64,000 nucleotides of DNA from Lingula anatina (lineage: Eukaryota; Animalia; Brachiopoda). The notes beneath the pieces are model-generated. The model was given only the letters and a program-made list of their open reading frames with translations. It had not been told where the DNA came from and searched no databases. Location: contig JBPQGU010000016.1 of the NCBI GenBank assembly GCA_051362555.1, positions 2,790,001 to 2,854,000 of the forward strand. The letters are read 5' to 3'. Below, one piece after another: positions 28,580 to 39,548 of this stretch. Both the position numbers and the translations under genes were made by a program. Numbering within the stretch: position 1 is the first letter of the stretch; every line of letters starts with the position of its first letter.

Positions 28580-28718
28580 TTTTTAAGTATTTCTATCCTA
28601 TATATCTTTAATTTTTATGTTTATATAAATATTTATAAAAACAAATAAAAAAATATTTATATAAATTTATTATCTTTTATTTTTTATAAAATTATAATAA
28701 ATATATAAAAATTTTAAA

Positions 28719-29126
28719 ATGTGAGAATTAATAAATACAATTTTAATTTCAATACAATTATTTTGATTAAACTTTAATATTAAAGAATCAAAAATAATTA
28801 AATTATTTAAAATAAAAAATAAATTAGAAATTAAAAGAAATAATATTTTTAATAAATGTAAAAATTGTCAAAAAAAACATAACAAAATAAGAGATTTGAT
28901 TGATGAAATATATAAAAGAAATAATTATTATTTATCTGGACTTTGTAATAATCATGAGATTCCAGTAAGTGAAGAGGAAACTTTTGAACTTTTTATTCCA
29001 AAAGAAAAGAAAGTATTTAATTTATTAAAAAGTGGACATAAATTTCTTTGTAAAAAACATGAAAATATTAATATAAAAATAAAAAATATTAAAGAAAATA
29101 TTTCTTTTTTAGAAAAAATAACTTAA
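28719..29126 (+). CDS. Hypothetical protein with CxxC/CxxH motifs
   Basis: CKNC, CNNH, CKKH; 135 aa. Confidence 0.55.
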
Positions 29127-29135
29127 AAAATATAT

Positions 29136-29504
29136 TTAATTTTCTTTTTTATTTTTAAAAATATATTTTCAAAATAAAAAAAAACACAAAAAAGACAAAA
29201 TCACACAAACAAAAATTAAGACAATAAAAATAATAATTTGTCATCATTCATAAACTGGATTTTTAAATGAAATTGTTGATACAACAATATAAACAATTGT
29301 AGTTAAACCAATATAAATAAAAAATAAAAAAGAATGAAATCTTAAATATATTTTTGATCTTTCATCAACTTCTTCAATTTTTAATTTATTTTTATTAATA
29401 TTTTCTTGATCAGTATTATTAATTTTTGATTTAGCAACAAGTCAAGTTTGATCTTGATCATAATCAAAATCTAATAATTTATCTTTTTTTTCTTTTTTAT
29501 TCAT
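29136..29504 (-). CDS. Two-TM membrane protein
   Basis: Charged N-terminus followed by two hydrophobic helices; 122 aa. Confidence 0.65.
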
Positions 29505-29508
29505 TTTA

Positions 29509-29647
29509 AAATAAAGATACAATGTTTTTTATAAATTTTGCAGAACAAATAGAAAATAGTGAAAATAATATGTTTTTAAATCAAAAAACAATAAATAATT
29601 TTAAAATCATTTTTATAAAAATAATTGAAAATAAAGATTTGAAATAA
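29509..29647 (+). repeat. 139-bp direct repeat, copy 2 (orphan 3' end of an OLD-like gene)
   Basis: Match to 26303-26441, including the stop codon. Confidence 0.9.
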
Positions 29648-29648
29648 T

Positions 29649-30557
29649 TTATTTAAAATCAAAAATTATATAAAAATCAAAAATTTTTGAAATTTCACAA
29701 TTAAGAAAGAATTTGAAATTAATAAATATTTTTTTATAAACATTTTTATTTAATATTTCAATATGATTATTTATTGAAAATATTTTTTCATAAAAAAGTA
29801 AAAATATTTCTTTAATTTCTTTTTCATTTTTATATTCACACATTAAACTTTCTAAATTTAAAATATTTATCAATAAATATTTATCAATATCTTCTTTATT
29901 TTTATGTTTGTCAACTTTTTTTTCAATAGATTTTAAAATATGTTTTAAGAAATTAACTTTTTCCAAGTAAGTTTCAGTTGTTTTTTTAAATTCTAATTTT
30001 ATATTTTTAAAATCTCTATTTTTAATAAGTTGTAAAAATCTTTTTTTATAAAGATTTACATCTGTTAATTCTATAAAAAGATTATCATTAATTTTAAAAT
30101 CAATTTGATTTTGTAAATTACCATCATCATTTAAAATACAATTAATTTTCTTATCATAAAAAGAATTATAAAATTTTTCAAAATCTTTTACTTTTATTTT
30201 TTCAATATTTTTTTTATGACTTTTGTTTTTAGTATTTATTTTTTTATTTTCTATTTTTTTATTTAATAATAAAATAATAAATATTTTATTATTAAAATCT
30301 TTTTTATTAATAGATTTTTTTCAAATACTTTTTATTTCTTTTTCTATTTGTTTTTTATCAATATTAATTTTATTTATTGTTTTATTTAAAAAAAAATTAC
30401 AAAAATCATAAATTAATTTATTTAATTTTTTTTCTTCTAATATTTTTTTAATTTCATCAATATATCTAAAATTTTTATAACCATAATTATATTCAACATA
30501 AAAATTGAATTCAAAATGATTTTTATTTAATATTTGATAATATTTTTCTATTTTCAT
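29649..30557 (-). CDS. Hypothetical protein downstream of OLD-like gene 2
   Basis: Two track ORFs in one frame joined by TGA; about 302 aa. Confidence 0.6.
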
Positions 30558-30573
30558 GATTTTATTTTTTTAA

Positions 30574-32439
30574 TTAAAAATTTTTTATTTTATATATTAT
30601 TTTATCAAATAATTTCTTAAAATTTGAAATTGTTTGATCATTTAATTTTATTTGGTTACTTTCTATTGCTTTTATATAATTAAAAACAAAAGAAACTTTT
30701 TTAATTAATTCTTTATTTATAAGATTTATTTTTTTATTTTGAAATTCTTCATTTACAAATAAATTATAAATATCAGCATTTTCTTGATTTTCTTTTTTTT
30801 CTATTAAAATAGTATTTTCTTTACAAATAATTTTTTTTTCTTTTTTAAAGTATTTTTCAAATGCTTCACCATCATCAAAAATAAATAATGGTTTTTTATC
30901 ATTAAAATTAATAAGTATATCTATTTTTATTTGTGAACTACATATACCTTTCGTAAATACAAAAAATATATTATTCAAAATTAACTTTTCTTCATCATTA
31001 AATTTATCTAATAAAATCTTTTTTATTGTTTTTAAAATCATAAATTCTGAATAACCTTCAACAAAAATTAAATATTTGTTTTTTAAATTATGTGTAAATT
31101 CTTTATCAATTCCAATTTTTGAAAGTATTGGTAATAATCCATCATTTTCATCACGTCTTTTATTATGAGTAAAAATTTCTGAATATATTTGAGAATTATT
31201 ATTTAAATTCTCTATATAATGAATATCTTTTAAATTATCATCATCTATAAAATACGGATTATGTGTTGTAATTAATAAATAAACATTTTTATTTTCTTTT
31301 ATTAAATTTTTAAATTCATCTTTTAATTTTAAAACTAAATTTACATGTAATGATCTATCAGGTTCATCTATTAAAAATAAAAATATTTGATCTTTATTAT
31401 TTATATATAAATTTTCTTTTTCTTTTATAAAATGTATTAAATTACTATATGTTGCATTTCCACTACTTACAAAATTAATTGATAATTCTTTTTTAGAATT
31501 AAAATTATTTTTTAAATAAAAATGAAATCCAAGATGAGTAATTTTTAAATTTATTAAATCTTCTTTTTTTTGTTTATTTAAAAATGAATTAATTTTATTT
31601 TCTATTTCTTTTTTTTCTATTTCAAATCTATAACTTCAACATATATCTGGATCATTAAAATTATTTTTTAATATTTTTAATTCTTCATTTGTAAATATTT
31701 CATTACTTTTTAAAATTTTAAAAATACTACTTTTTGTAAAAACATTAAAACTATAAAATGATTTTAAATTTTTCGAATTATCTTTAAAATTAAAATTAAA
31801 CTTTTCAATTGGTTTTAAAAAATTTATATTTAAATTATGAATAAAAAAATCATAAAAAATATTAACAATATCTTTTCTTCTTATACTTTCATTAAAAAAA
31901 TTTAAACTTCTAAATGAATAATAAAAATATTCTTCTGTAAAATTTTCAAATTTTATTTTTTGTTGTTGACGTTTATAAATTATACTTGGAGTAAATAATT
32001 TAAAAATCTCATTTATTTCAATATTTACAATTGCAAAAAAATTTAATTCATTTTCTGGTTTTATAAAAATAAATAAATTCTTAATTTTATTTTTTTTTAA
32101 TATTTTTAATTTTTCTTCATATTTTTCTTTATCTTTTCCAAATAAAGAAAAATTTTTTAATAAATATTCTAAATCTTGTGTTGTAAAAATAATCACAAAA
32201 AAATTACGATTAGTTATTTCTTTTTCAAAAAAATTAGAAAACATAAATCTGCGTGATATTATGTTTGAATTTGTTTTTATATTATCTAATTCATCATTTT
32301 TTAAATATCTTTCTAATAATTCTAAAAATTGTGTTTTTCCTGATCCATTTAAACCTAAAAATATGTGATTTTGTTTTTCTAAGTTAAAATAAAATTCTGT
32401 ATCAACAAAACAAGATAAATTTTTAATTTTAATAATCAT
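30574..32439 (-). CDS. OLD-family ABC ATPase-TOPRIM protein 2
   Basis: GLNGSGKT, VSSG, LIDEPDRSLH, ITTHNPY, IFVEGYSE, FIFDD. Confidence 0.85.
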
Positions 32440-32443
32440 TTTT

Positions 32444-32938
32444 TTAAATTAATTTTCTAATAGATGATTCAGTATAAATTAAATCATATTTTTTTAATGC
32501 TTTAAAAGCTTCAAAAGATGAATTTGTTCTAAATTGTAATTTAAATTTTGGTTTATTTTCTGTTTTATTATCAATTATGAAAAAATAATATATTTTTTCA
32601 TCTGTAAAAATTATTTTATTAATATTAAATAATGATTTACTACTATAATTTTTAGATATTTTATATGTTGAATTTGAAATATCTTTTGAAAGTGGAAAAT
32701 TAATTTCTTTTGTTTTTATTGATGTTTGAACAACAACAAATAAATCTGAATTTGTTGTTTTTCAAAATCTTGATTTATTATTTATCCCTTTTATTTCATC
32801 AAAAACATTTTTATTTTTTCATCATCAAATTCAAAATACCTTCTCTTCTAATAACTCTAAAACTGTAAATACTTTTAATATTAAAAGTAAAAAAATAGAT
32901 GTAGTACTTAAAATAATACTTATTTCTGAAATTCCCAT
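32444..32938 (-). CDS. Hypothetical protein with an N-terminal membrane anchor
   Basis: Hydrophobic N-terminus and a WIWWW motif; stop codon 4 bp before the OLD-like gene 2 start. Confidence 0.65.
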
Positions 32939-32985
32939 AATTATTTTTATAATAACTTAATTATTATTTTTTTTATAAAAAAAAT

Positions 32986-33020
32986 ATTTAAGGTGTTGAA
33001 AATTATTCAACACCTTAAAT
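32986..33020. terminator. Terminator after the large collagen-like gene
   Basis: ATTTAAGGTGTTGAA-AATTA-TTCAACACCTTAAAT perfect stem. Confidence 0.85.
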
Positions 33021-33063
33021 TTTAAATATATAATTTTAAAAAAATAATAAAAAATATTATATA

Positions 33064-35649
33064 TTAATGACCAAATATCAATTGTAAAAATTCATATTTT
33101 TCTCTAATTTTTGCTAATGCTTTTGAAGCAATTTCTGTTAATTTAACTTGTCTATCTACAATTTCAGCATCATCTTGAGTTGAAATTTGACTTAAAAGAT
33201 CATCATTATTATCATCTAAAATATTATCAATCATTGCTTTTTTTTGAACATTATTATAATATGTGGTATCCATTTTAGCTCATTCTGCAATATATTTTCA
33301 ATTAATTTTATTTATTATTGATGCATTAGTTTTAATATCAACAGGTCTATAAAGAGTGTTTGTTCATTGGTAAACTAAATTGTAAATTTTTATTGCAACT
33401 TGAAATAAATCAAAATCTTCAACTTTTTTATTTAATTCTTCATTTTCTTTAAACAATGAAATTTTTTCATCAATTTTTTCTTTTGCTTTTGTTGCTATTA
33501 ATTTTAAATTAGCTCTATCAGCATTAATAATATCAAAAATAGTAGTATCTCATGTTATTATTTGATCAATTAAAGTTTGAATTGCACCAATATAAAATGT
33601 TTCATCTTTTTTAGCTCATTTTGCAATAGATTGTCATTTAGCTTTATTAGCAACAGTTGCAGTATTTAAAGTAGATGTATCAGTAGCATCTTTTCATTGT
33701 TTAGCTAAATCTCAAGCATTTTCTAATACTTGAAAATCATCTTCTCATTTTGCATCATCACCTTTTAGTCCTTGTGGTAATATTCTATTAATTTCTAATT
33801 TAACTGTATTAATTATAGTGTTAAGGTTTATTTTTTCATCATCTTGTAAATCACCAGTTGTTTGTGAAATTAATTTATTAATAAGAACTTTTATAGAATC
33901 ATTTGTATTTGCATTAGTATATATTGATAATGTTTTTGCAAAATCACCAAATTTTTTATAATCTGCTTTGTTTGTATCAGTAATTGTAATATTTTGACTA
34001 GTATCAATTGTATTTACAAATGTTCTAAGATCTACTATTTCATTAAAATAATTTATAGCAGCTGTTTTTATTTGTTCTGGTGTAGCATCATTACCTCTTT
34101 CACCTTGAGGTAATATTCTATTAATTTCTACTTTAATTTTTTCAATTATAATGTTAAATTCCCTTTTGTTCTCAGAATTAGATAAATCTACACCATCTCC
34201 ATCTCTTAATCATTCAGAAATACTTTCTAAATTACTAATATTTTTTATTGATTGTATAGTTAATGCAAATAATCCAACTTTTTTTCATGCATTTTTATTA
34301 TATTCATTAATAACAGTATTATCATCAACAGTATTTATTAATTCTCTAATAGCAACTAAATTACTAATATATTTTAAAACTTGTTCATATACTTTATCAT
34401 CAGTTGCACCTTGTGGTAATATTTTATTAATTTCTGCTTTAACTGTATTAATTATATTTTGTACTTGTAATATTTCATTTTGAAAATTAATATCTTGACC
34501 AGTATAAAATTTATCAACTACAATTCTTGTTGAATCACTTTGTGATGCACCTGTATAAATGGATAATTTTTTAGCAAATTCAGCAAGTTTTTTAAATTCT
34601 AATTTATTTGAATTATCAATAGTAATATCTTCACCAGCATTTAATTTTGTTTGAATAGTATTTATTAATGTTTTAATACTTACTATTTCATTAAAATAAT
34701 TTATAGCAGCTGTTTTTATTTGTTCATCACTTGCAGGAACACCGTCATTACCTCTTAAACCTTGTGGTAATATTTTATTAATTTCTGTTTTAACTGTATT
34801 AATTATAGTTTGAAGATTTGTTTTTTCATCATCTGTTAAATCTCCATTTGTTTGTGCAATTAATTTATCAATAAGAACTTTTACAGTATCATTTTCATTT
34901 GCACTAGTATATATTGATAATTCTTTTGCAAACTCACCAAGTTTTTTATAATTTTCTTTATTTGTATTAGAAATTGTAATAGTTTGACTAGTATCAATTA
35001 TATTTACAAATGTTCTAAGATCTACTATTTCATTAAAATAAGCTATAGCAGCTGTTTTTATTTGTTCTACAGTTGGAGCTGGTCCTTGTTCACCTGTATC
35101 ACCTTTTTCACCTTTAGCACCTGGAGCACCATTTTGTCCTGCTGGTCCTCTAAATCTTGTTCTAGCTGCATCTGTTCCCATGTATGTTGTAACAGCTGAT
35201 TCTACTTGTGCATCAGTTGCATCTTGACCAGCATCACCTGTATCACCTTTTTCACCTTTAGCGCCTGCTGGTCCTGTTGCACCTCTTGGTCCTGTTGGTC
35301 CTCTATCACCTGTGTCACCTTTAACACCTTGGGGTCCTGCTGGTCCTCTATCACCTGTGTCACCTTTAGGTCCTTGTGGTCCTGGTTCACCTTTTGGTCC
35401 TTGTGGTCCAACTTTAGAAGCAGCTTCTTCTATATTTTTTACTGTTTCTTTTGTTGAAGTTTTTGATTCTTCTAAAGATGATATTGATTCTTCTTTTTCT
35501 ACTTTTGATTTATATGAATTATTTACTGATACAACTCCAATCATACCAACTGTTGTACCAATAGCTACAACACCTAAAACTAATAATCCTTTTTCAAATA
35601 TAGATGAAGTTTTAATTTCATCTTTTAATTCACTTAAATATCTTTTCAT
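33064..35649 (-). CDS. Large membrane-anchored collagen-like surface protein with about 105-aa helical repeats
   Basis: N-terminal TM; Gly-X-Y blocks of 21 and 8 triplets; repeats EQIKTAAI...EINKILPQG; 861 aa with TGA=Trp; AGGAG RBS. Confidence 0.9.
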
Positions 35650-36723
35650 TTTTCTCCTTTTTTTTAATTTTTTTAATTTTTTTAATTTTTTTATTTAAAT
35701 ATAATTTCTATATATTTTATATAAATTATTTGTATTTATTTTAATAATTTTTTATATTAGTATTTTAAATATTATTAATAAATACAAATTATTGATATAA
35801 AAAATAAGTATTTATAATTACATATTTACCAAAACTATAATTAATTCATAAATATGACTTATATAAATCAATTATATTTATGATATTTTCATTATCAATA
35901 ATAGAAAATGTATAAGATAATAATTCATCAAATTTATCAATAATATTTTTTATATTTTGATAAAAATTATATAAAGTATATATTTTTGATTCTTTTAATA
36001 ATTTAACAAAAAATATTTAAAACTTTCTTTATTATTTTAATTAATTACAATTGCTTGATTATTATTTATTTTTATTTCAATATCTTTTATTAAAGAAAAT
36101 AAATTTTTGATTTATATTTCAAATAGTTTGTTTATTTGAACTTGTTGTTGTATTTTTCATTATTATTGTTGTTATTTTTGTATTTCTATTTTTCTATGTA
36201 TTAAAACAACTTGTATTTTTTTATTCTAACCCTTTTGTTTTTGTTAATTTTTATTGTATTTTTAATTTTTCTTTTTATTTATATATACTAATAGATCTTA
36301 ATAAATATGTTTTAACTTTATTGATTTATATTTTCTAGATATATTTTTTTAAAACAAACTATATCTTAAAAAATATTAAATTTATAAATTATACTTTTTA
36401 AATATGTATTTATATTTTAAATTTATATATTTTTAATAATTTTACATATTTAATAATTTTTTTAAATTTATCTTTATTTGAATTATAAAAAACAAATAAA
36501 AATAAATTATCATTTTAAAAAATGTTTTAATTAAATTATTGTAATATATTAAAATAAATAAAAAAATTTCTATTTATTAAAATATAAAAATAATAAAAAT
36601 ATATTATTAAATTTATTATATTATTTATAAATAATTTTTTTTTAACTTATAAATTAAATAATTAAATATAATTTAAATATATAAAAAACAATATATTTTT
36701 AAATTTAATTTTAATATTTTTAA

Positions 36724-36761
36724 ACAAAAAATCTAAGTAATTTTTACTTAGATTTTTTGTT
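36724..36761. terminator. Terminator after the short collagen-like gene
   Basis: ACAAAAAATCTAAGTAA...TTACTTAGATTTTTTGT. Confidence 0.85.
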
Positions 36762-36792
36762 TTTATAATCAATTATTAATTAAAAAAATTAA

Positions 36793-37743
36793 TTATGGTG
36801 TACGTACAAAATTAGCTACTGTTGTTTGAAGAGAAGTAACTGTTCTGTCAAGATCTGTAACTGTACTTTCAAGACGGTTAATTGTATTTTGTTGATTGCT
36901 AACTGTATTTTTAAGAGTATTTATTTCAGTATTTAAGTTTTCTATTTGTGTTCTCAGTTCTGGAACAGTAACATCTAAAGCTGTTGTTTGTGCTGGTGTT
37001 AAAGTTGCATCAGCACCTGCTGGTCCTGTTGCACCTCTTGGTCCTGCTGGTCCTCTATCACCTGTGTCACCTGTGTCACCTTTGTTTCCTTGTGGTCCTG
37101 CGGGTCCTGCGGGTCCTTGAGGTCCTCTTGGTCCTTCTGGTCCTTGTGGTCCTCTTTCACCTCTTTGTCCTTCTTCTCCAGCAAATCCTCGAATACCTTG
37201 TTCACCTCTGTCACCTTTAGCACCTTTAGGTCCTGCTGGTCCTCTTTCACCTTGGATGCCTTGTGCACCTCTTTCACCTTGTAAACCTGTTGGCCCTCTT
37301 AAACCTTGGATACCTTGTGCACCTCTTTCACCCTGTTGTCCTTTTTGTCCTACTGGTCCTCTTTCACCTGGATCACCTTTAGGTCCTTGTGGTCCTACTG
37401 GTCCTCTTTCACCTCTTGGTCCGGGTGGTCCATGTGGTCCTTCTGGTCCAGTATCACCTTTTTCGCCTTTGTCACCTTTTTCACCTTTAGGACCTTGTTG
37501 TCGATCTTTAGAAGCAGCTTCTTCTATATTTTTTACTGTTTCTTTTGTTGAAATTTTTGATTCTTCTAAAGATGATATTGATTCTTCTTTTTCTGTTTTT
37601 GATTTTTCAGAATTATTTACTGATACAACACCAATCATAGCAGCTGTTGTACCAATAGCAACAACACCTAAAACTAACAACCCTTTTTGTAGTAAAGAAG
37701 CTGTTTTAATTTCATCTTTTAATTCTTTAAAATAATTATTCAT
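36793..37743 (-). CDS. Membrane-anchored collagen-like protein with a C-terminal coiled coil
   Basis: N-terminal TM; 54 uninterrupted Gly-X-Y triplets; heptad-rich tail. Confidence 0.92.
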   Translation of the reverse strand: MNNYFKELKDEIKTASLLQKGLLVLGVVAIGTTAAMIGVVSVNNSEKSKTEKEESISSLEESKISTKETVKNIEEAASKDRQQGPKGEKGDKGEKGDTGPEGPHGPPGPRGERGPVGPQGPKGDPGERGPVGQKGQQGERGAQGIQGLRGPTGLQGERGAQGIQGERGPAGPKGAKGDRGEQGIRGFAGEEGQRGERGPQGPEGPRGPQGPAGPAGPQGNKGDTGDTGDRGPAGPRGATGPAGADATLTPAQTTALDVTVPELRTQIENLNTEINTLKNTVSNQQNTINRLESTVTDLDRTVTSLQTTVANFVRTP

Positions 37744-37939
37744 GTCATTCCCCTTTTTTATATTTTTTTTTATTTTTTTATTAAATAAAAATAAATATTA
37801 ACTAATATTTTTTATTATAATTTATTAAATAAAAATTATTTTATGTTAAATTATTTTTAAAAAAATAATATTAAATAATATTTTTATAATTTAATAAAAC
37901 AATAAATATTTAAAAATACAAATTAATAAAATCATTTAT

Positions 37940-39517
37940 TTAAATTTTTTTTAAACTTCTTAATTTATTAATAGCAATTTTATGTCCTAAATCTTGAATT
38001 TTAGATAAAAATTTTAATAACTCTTCATTATTTATAATAATTTTTTTAAAATTTTTATCTAAAATATAATCTGTTTTATGTCTTATATCTTTTACAAGAC
38101 CAATTACATTTGTATATTTTTTTAATTCTTTAAAAGCTTTTAAAGTTCCTTGCATTTGTAAAATTGCACCATCTAAAATTAATAAATTTGGTAATTCTTT
38201 ATTTAAATATCTTTTTAAAATAACTTTATAAAAATAATCTTTTTCATTATTTAAATTTGACTTAAATTCAATTATTTTAGTTTTAAATGCAATAAAATTT
38301 CCATTTAAAAAATGTATAAAACAAGCAATTATATTATTATCAATATAAGATAAATCTAAAAATTCAATTATCTTTGGTATTTTATTTAAATTTAATATTT
38401 CTTTTAATAAAATTAAATTTTTATTTTGTACTTCAGATTTTATTTTTAATATTTTTTTATTTAATAAAATTTTTGCATTTTTATATATTAAATTTAATAC
38501 TTCTTTTTTAATACCTTTTTTTGGGATTATAATTTTAAAATCATATATATTTTTTAAAATTTTAATATCAATATTTTCTGGAATCATTAATGTTTTTGGA
38601 AATGGAAAAAAATTATAAAATTCTAATAAAAAATTAAGAATAGTTTCTAAAATATTATTATTATATAAAGCAAATTTATTTTCTTTTTTTAATTGAAATT
38701 TTCCATTTCTATATGAAAAAATTATTATTACAATTTCATTATCATTATTTATAAAATTTAAAAAATCAGCATTTATTTTTAAATTTAAATCTATAGTTTG
38801 TTTTTCATTAAATTCTTTTATTTTTTCTAATAATCTTTTTTGTTTTAATGCTTCTTCAAATTGTAAATTTTTAGTTAAAATTTCTATTTTATTTTTAATA
38901 ATTTTATTAATTTTTTGAGTTTTTCCTTCAAAAAATTTTTTGACTAAATTTATTTGATCTTGATAATATTTATTTTTTATTTCTTTAAAACATGCACCAG
39001 AACATTGTTTTAAATGATAATAAAAACATGGTTTATTATTACTTTTTAACTTATAACATCTTTTTAATGGAAACAATATTTCTAATAAATTTAAAATACT
39101 TTTAATACTATATTTATCTGGAAATGGACCAAAATAAATTCCATTTAATTTTGTTCTTTTCCATACTAATTTATAATATGGATCTTTTACTTTAGGTATA
39201 AAAATAAATGGATATGTTCTATCATCTAAAAGAATAATATTATATTTTGGTAAATTCTTTTTAATTAAATTATGTTCTAAAATAAATGCTTCTTTTTCAT
39301 TGTTTGTAAATATAACATCAAAATCATATATTTCATTTAACATTAATTTAGCTTTATTATTTTCTTTATTTATTAAAAAATGTTGTTTAATTCTATTTTT
39401 TAACTCTTTTGCTTTACCAACATAAATTATTTCATTATCTTTATTTTTAAATAAATAACAACCAGTTAAATTAGATAATTTATTTATTTTTTCATTTAAA
39501 TTTTTTAAATTATTCAT
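37940..39517 (-). CDS. uvrC: Excinuclease ABC subunit C (C-terminally shortened)
   Basis: GIY-YIG (GCYLF...IYVGKA), PKYNI, Cys cluster, UVR domain, LLILDG. Confidence 0.93.
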   Translation of the reverse strand: MNNLKNLNEKINKLSNLTGCYLFKNKDNEIIYVGKAKELKNRIKQHFLINKENNKAKLMLNEIYDFDVIFTNNEKEAFILEHNLIKKNLPKYNIILLDDRTYPFIFIPKVKDPYYKLVWKRTKLNGIYFGPFPDKYSIKSILNLLEILFPLKRCYKLKSNNKPCFYYHLKQCSGACFKEIKNKYYQDQINLVKKFFEGKTQKINKIIKNKIEILTKNLQFEEALKQKRLLEKIKEFNEKQTIDLNLKINADFLNFINNDNEIVIIIFSYRNGKFQLKKENKFALYNNNILETILNFLLEFYNFFPFPKTLMIPENIDIKILKNIYDFKIIIPKKGIKKEVLNLIYKNAKILLNKKILKIKSEVQNKNLILLKEILNLNKIPKIIEFLDLSYIDNNIIACFIHFLNGNFIAFKTKIIEFKSNLNNEKDYFYKVILKRYLNKELPNLLILDGAILQMQGTLKAFKELKKYTNVIGLVKDIRHKTDYILDKNFKKIIINNEELLKFLSKIQDLGHKIAINKLRSLKKI

Positions 39518-39548
39518 TATATTTAAAAATTTATATAATTTTATTTAA

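Noticed and set aside
24591-32439. Calling the OLD loci Gabija or retron systems
   Set aside because: No UvrD helicase or reverse transcriptase motifs in the neighbouring ORFs.
34984-37735. Pro/Gly-rich and Gln/Asp-rich ORFs overlapping the collagen genes
   Set aside because: Antisense and alternate-frame shadows of GC-richer Gly-X-Y codons; no independent RBS or motif.
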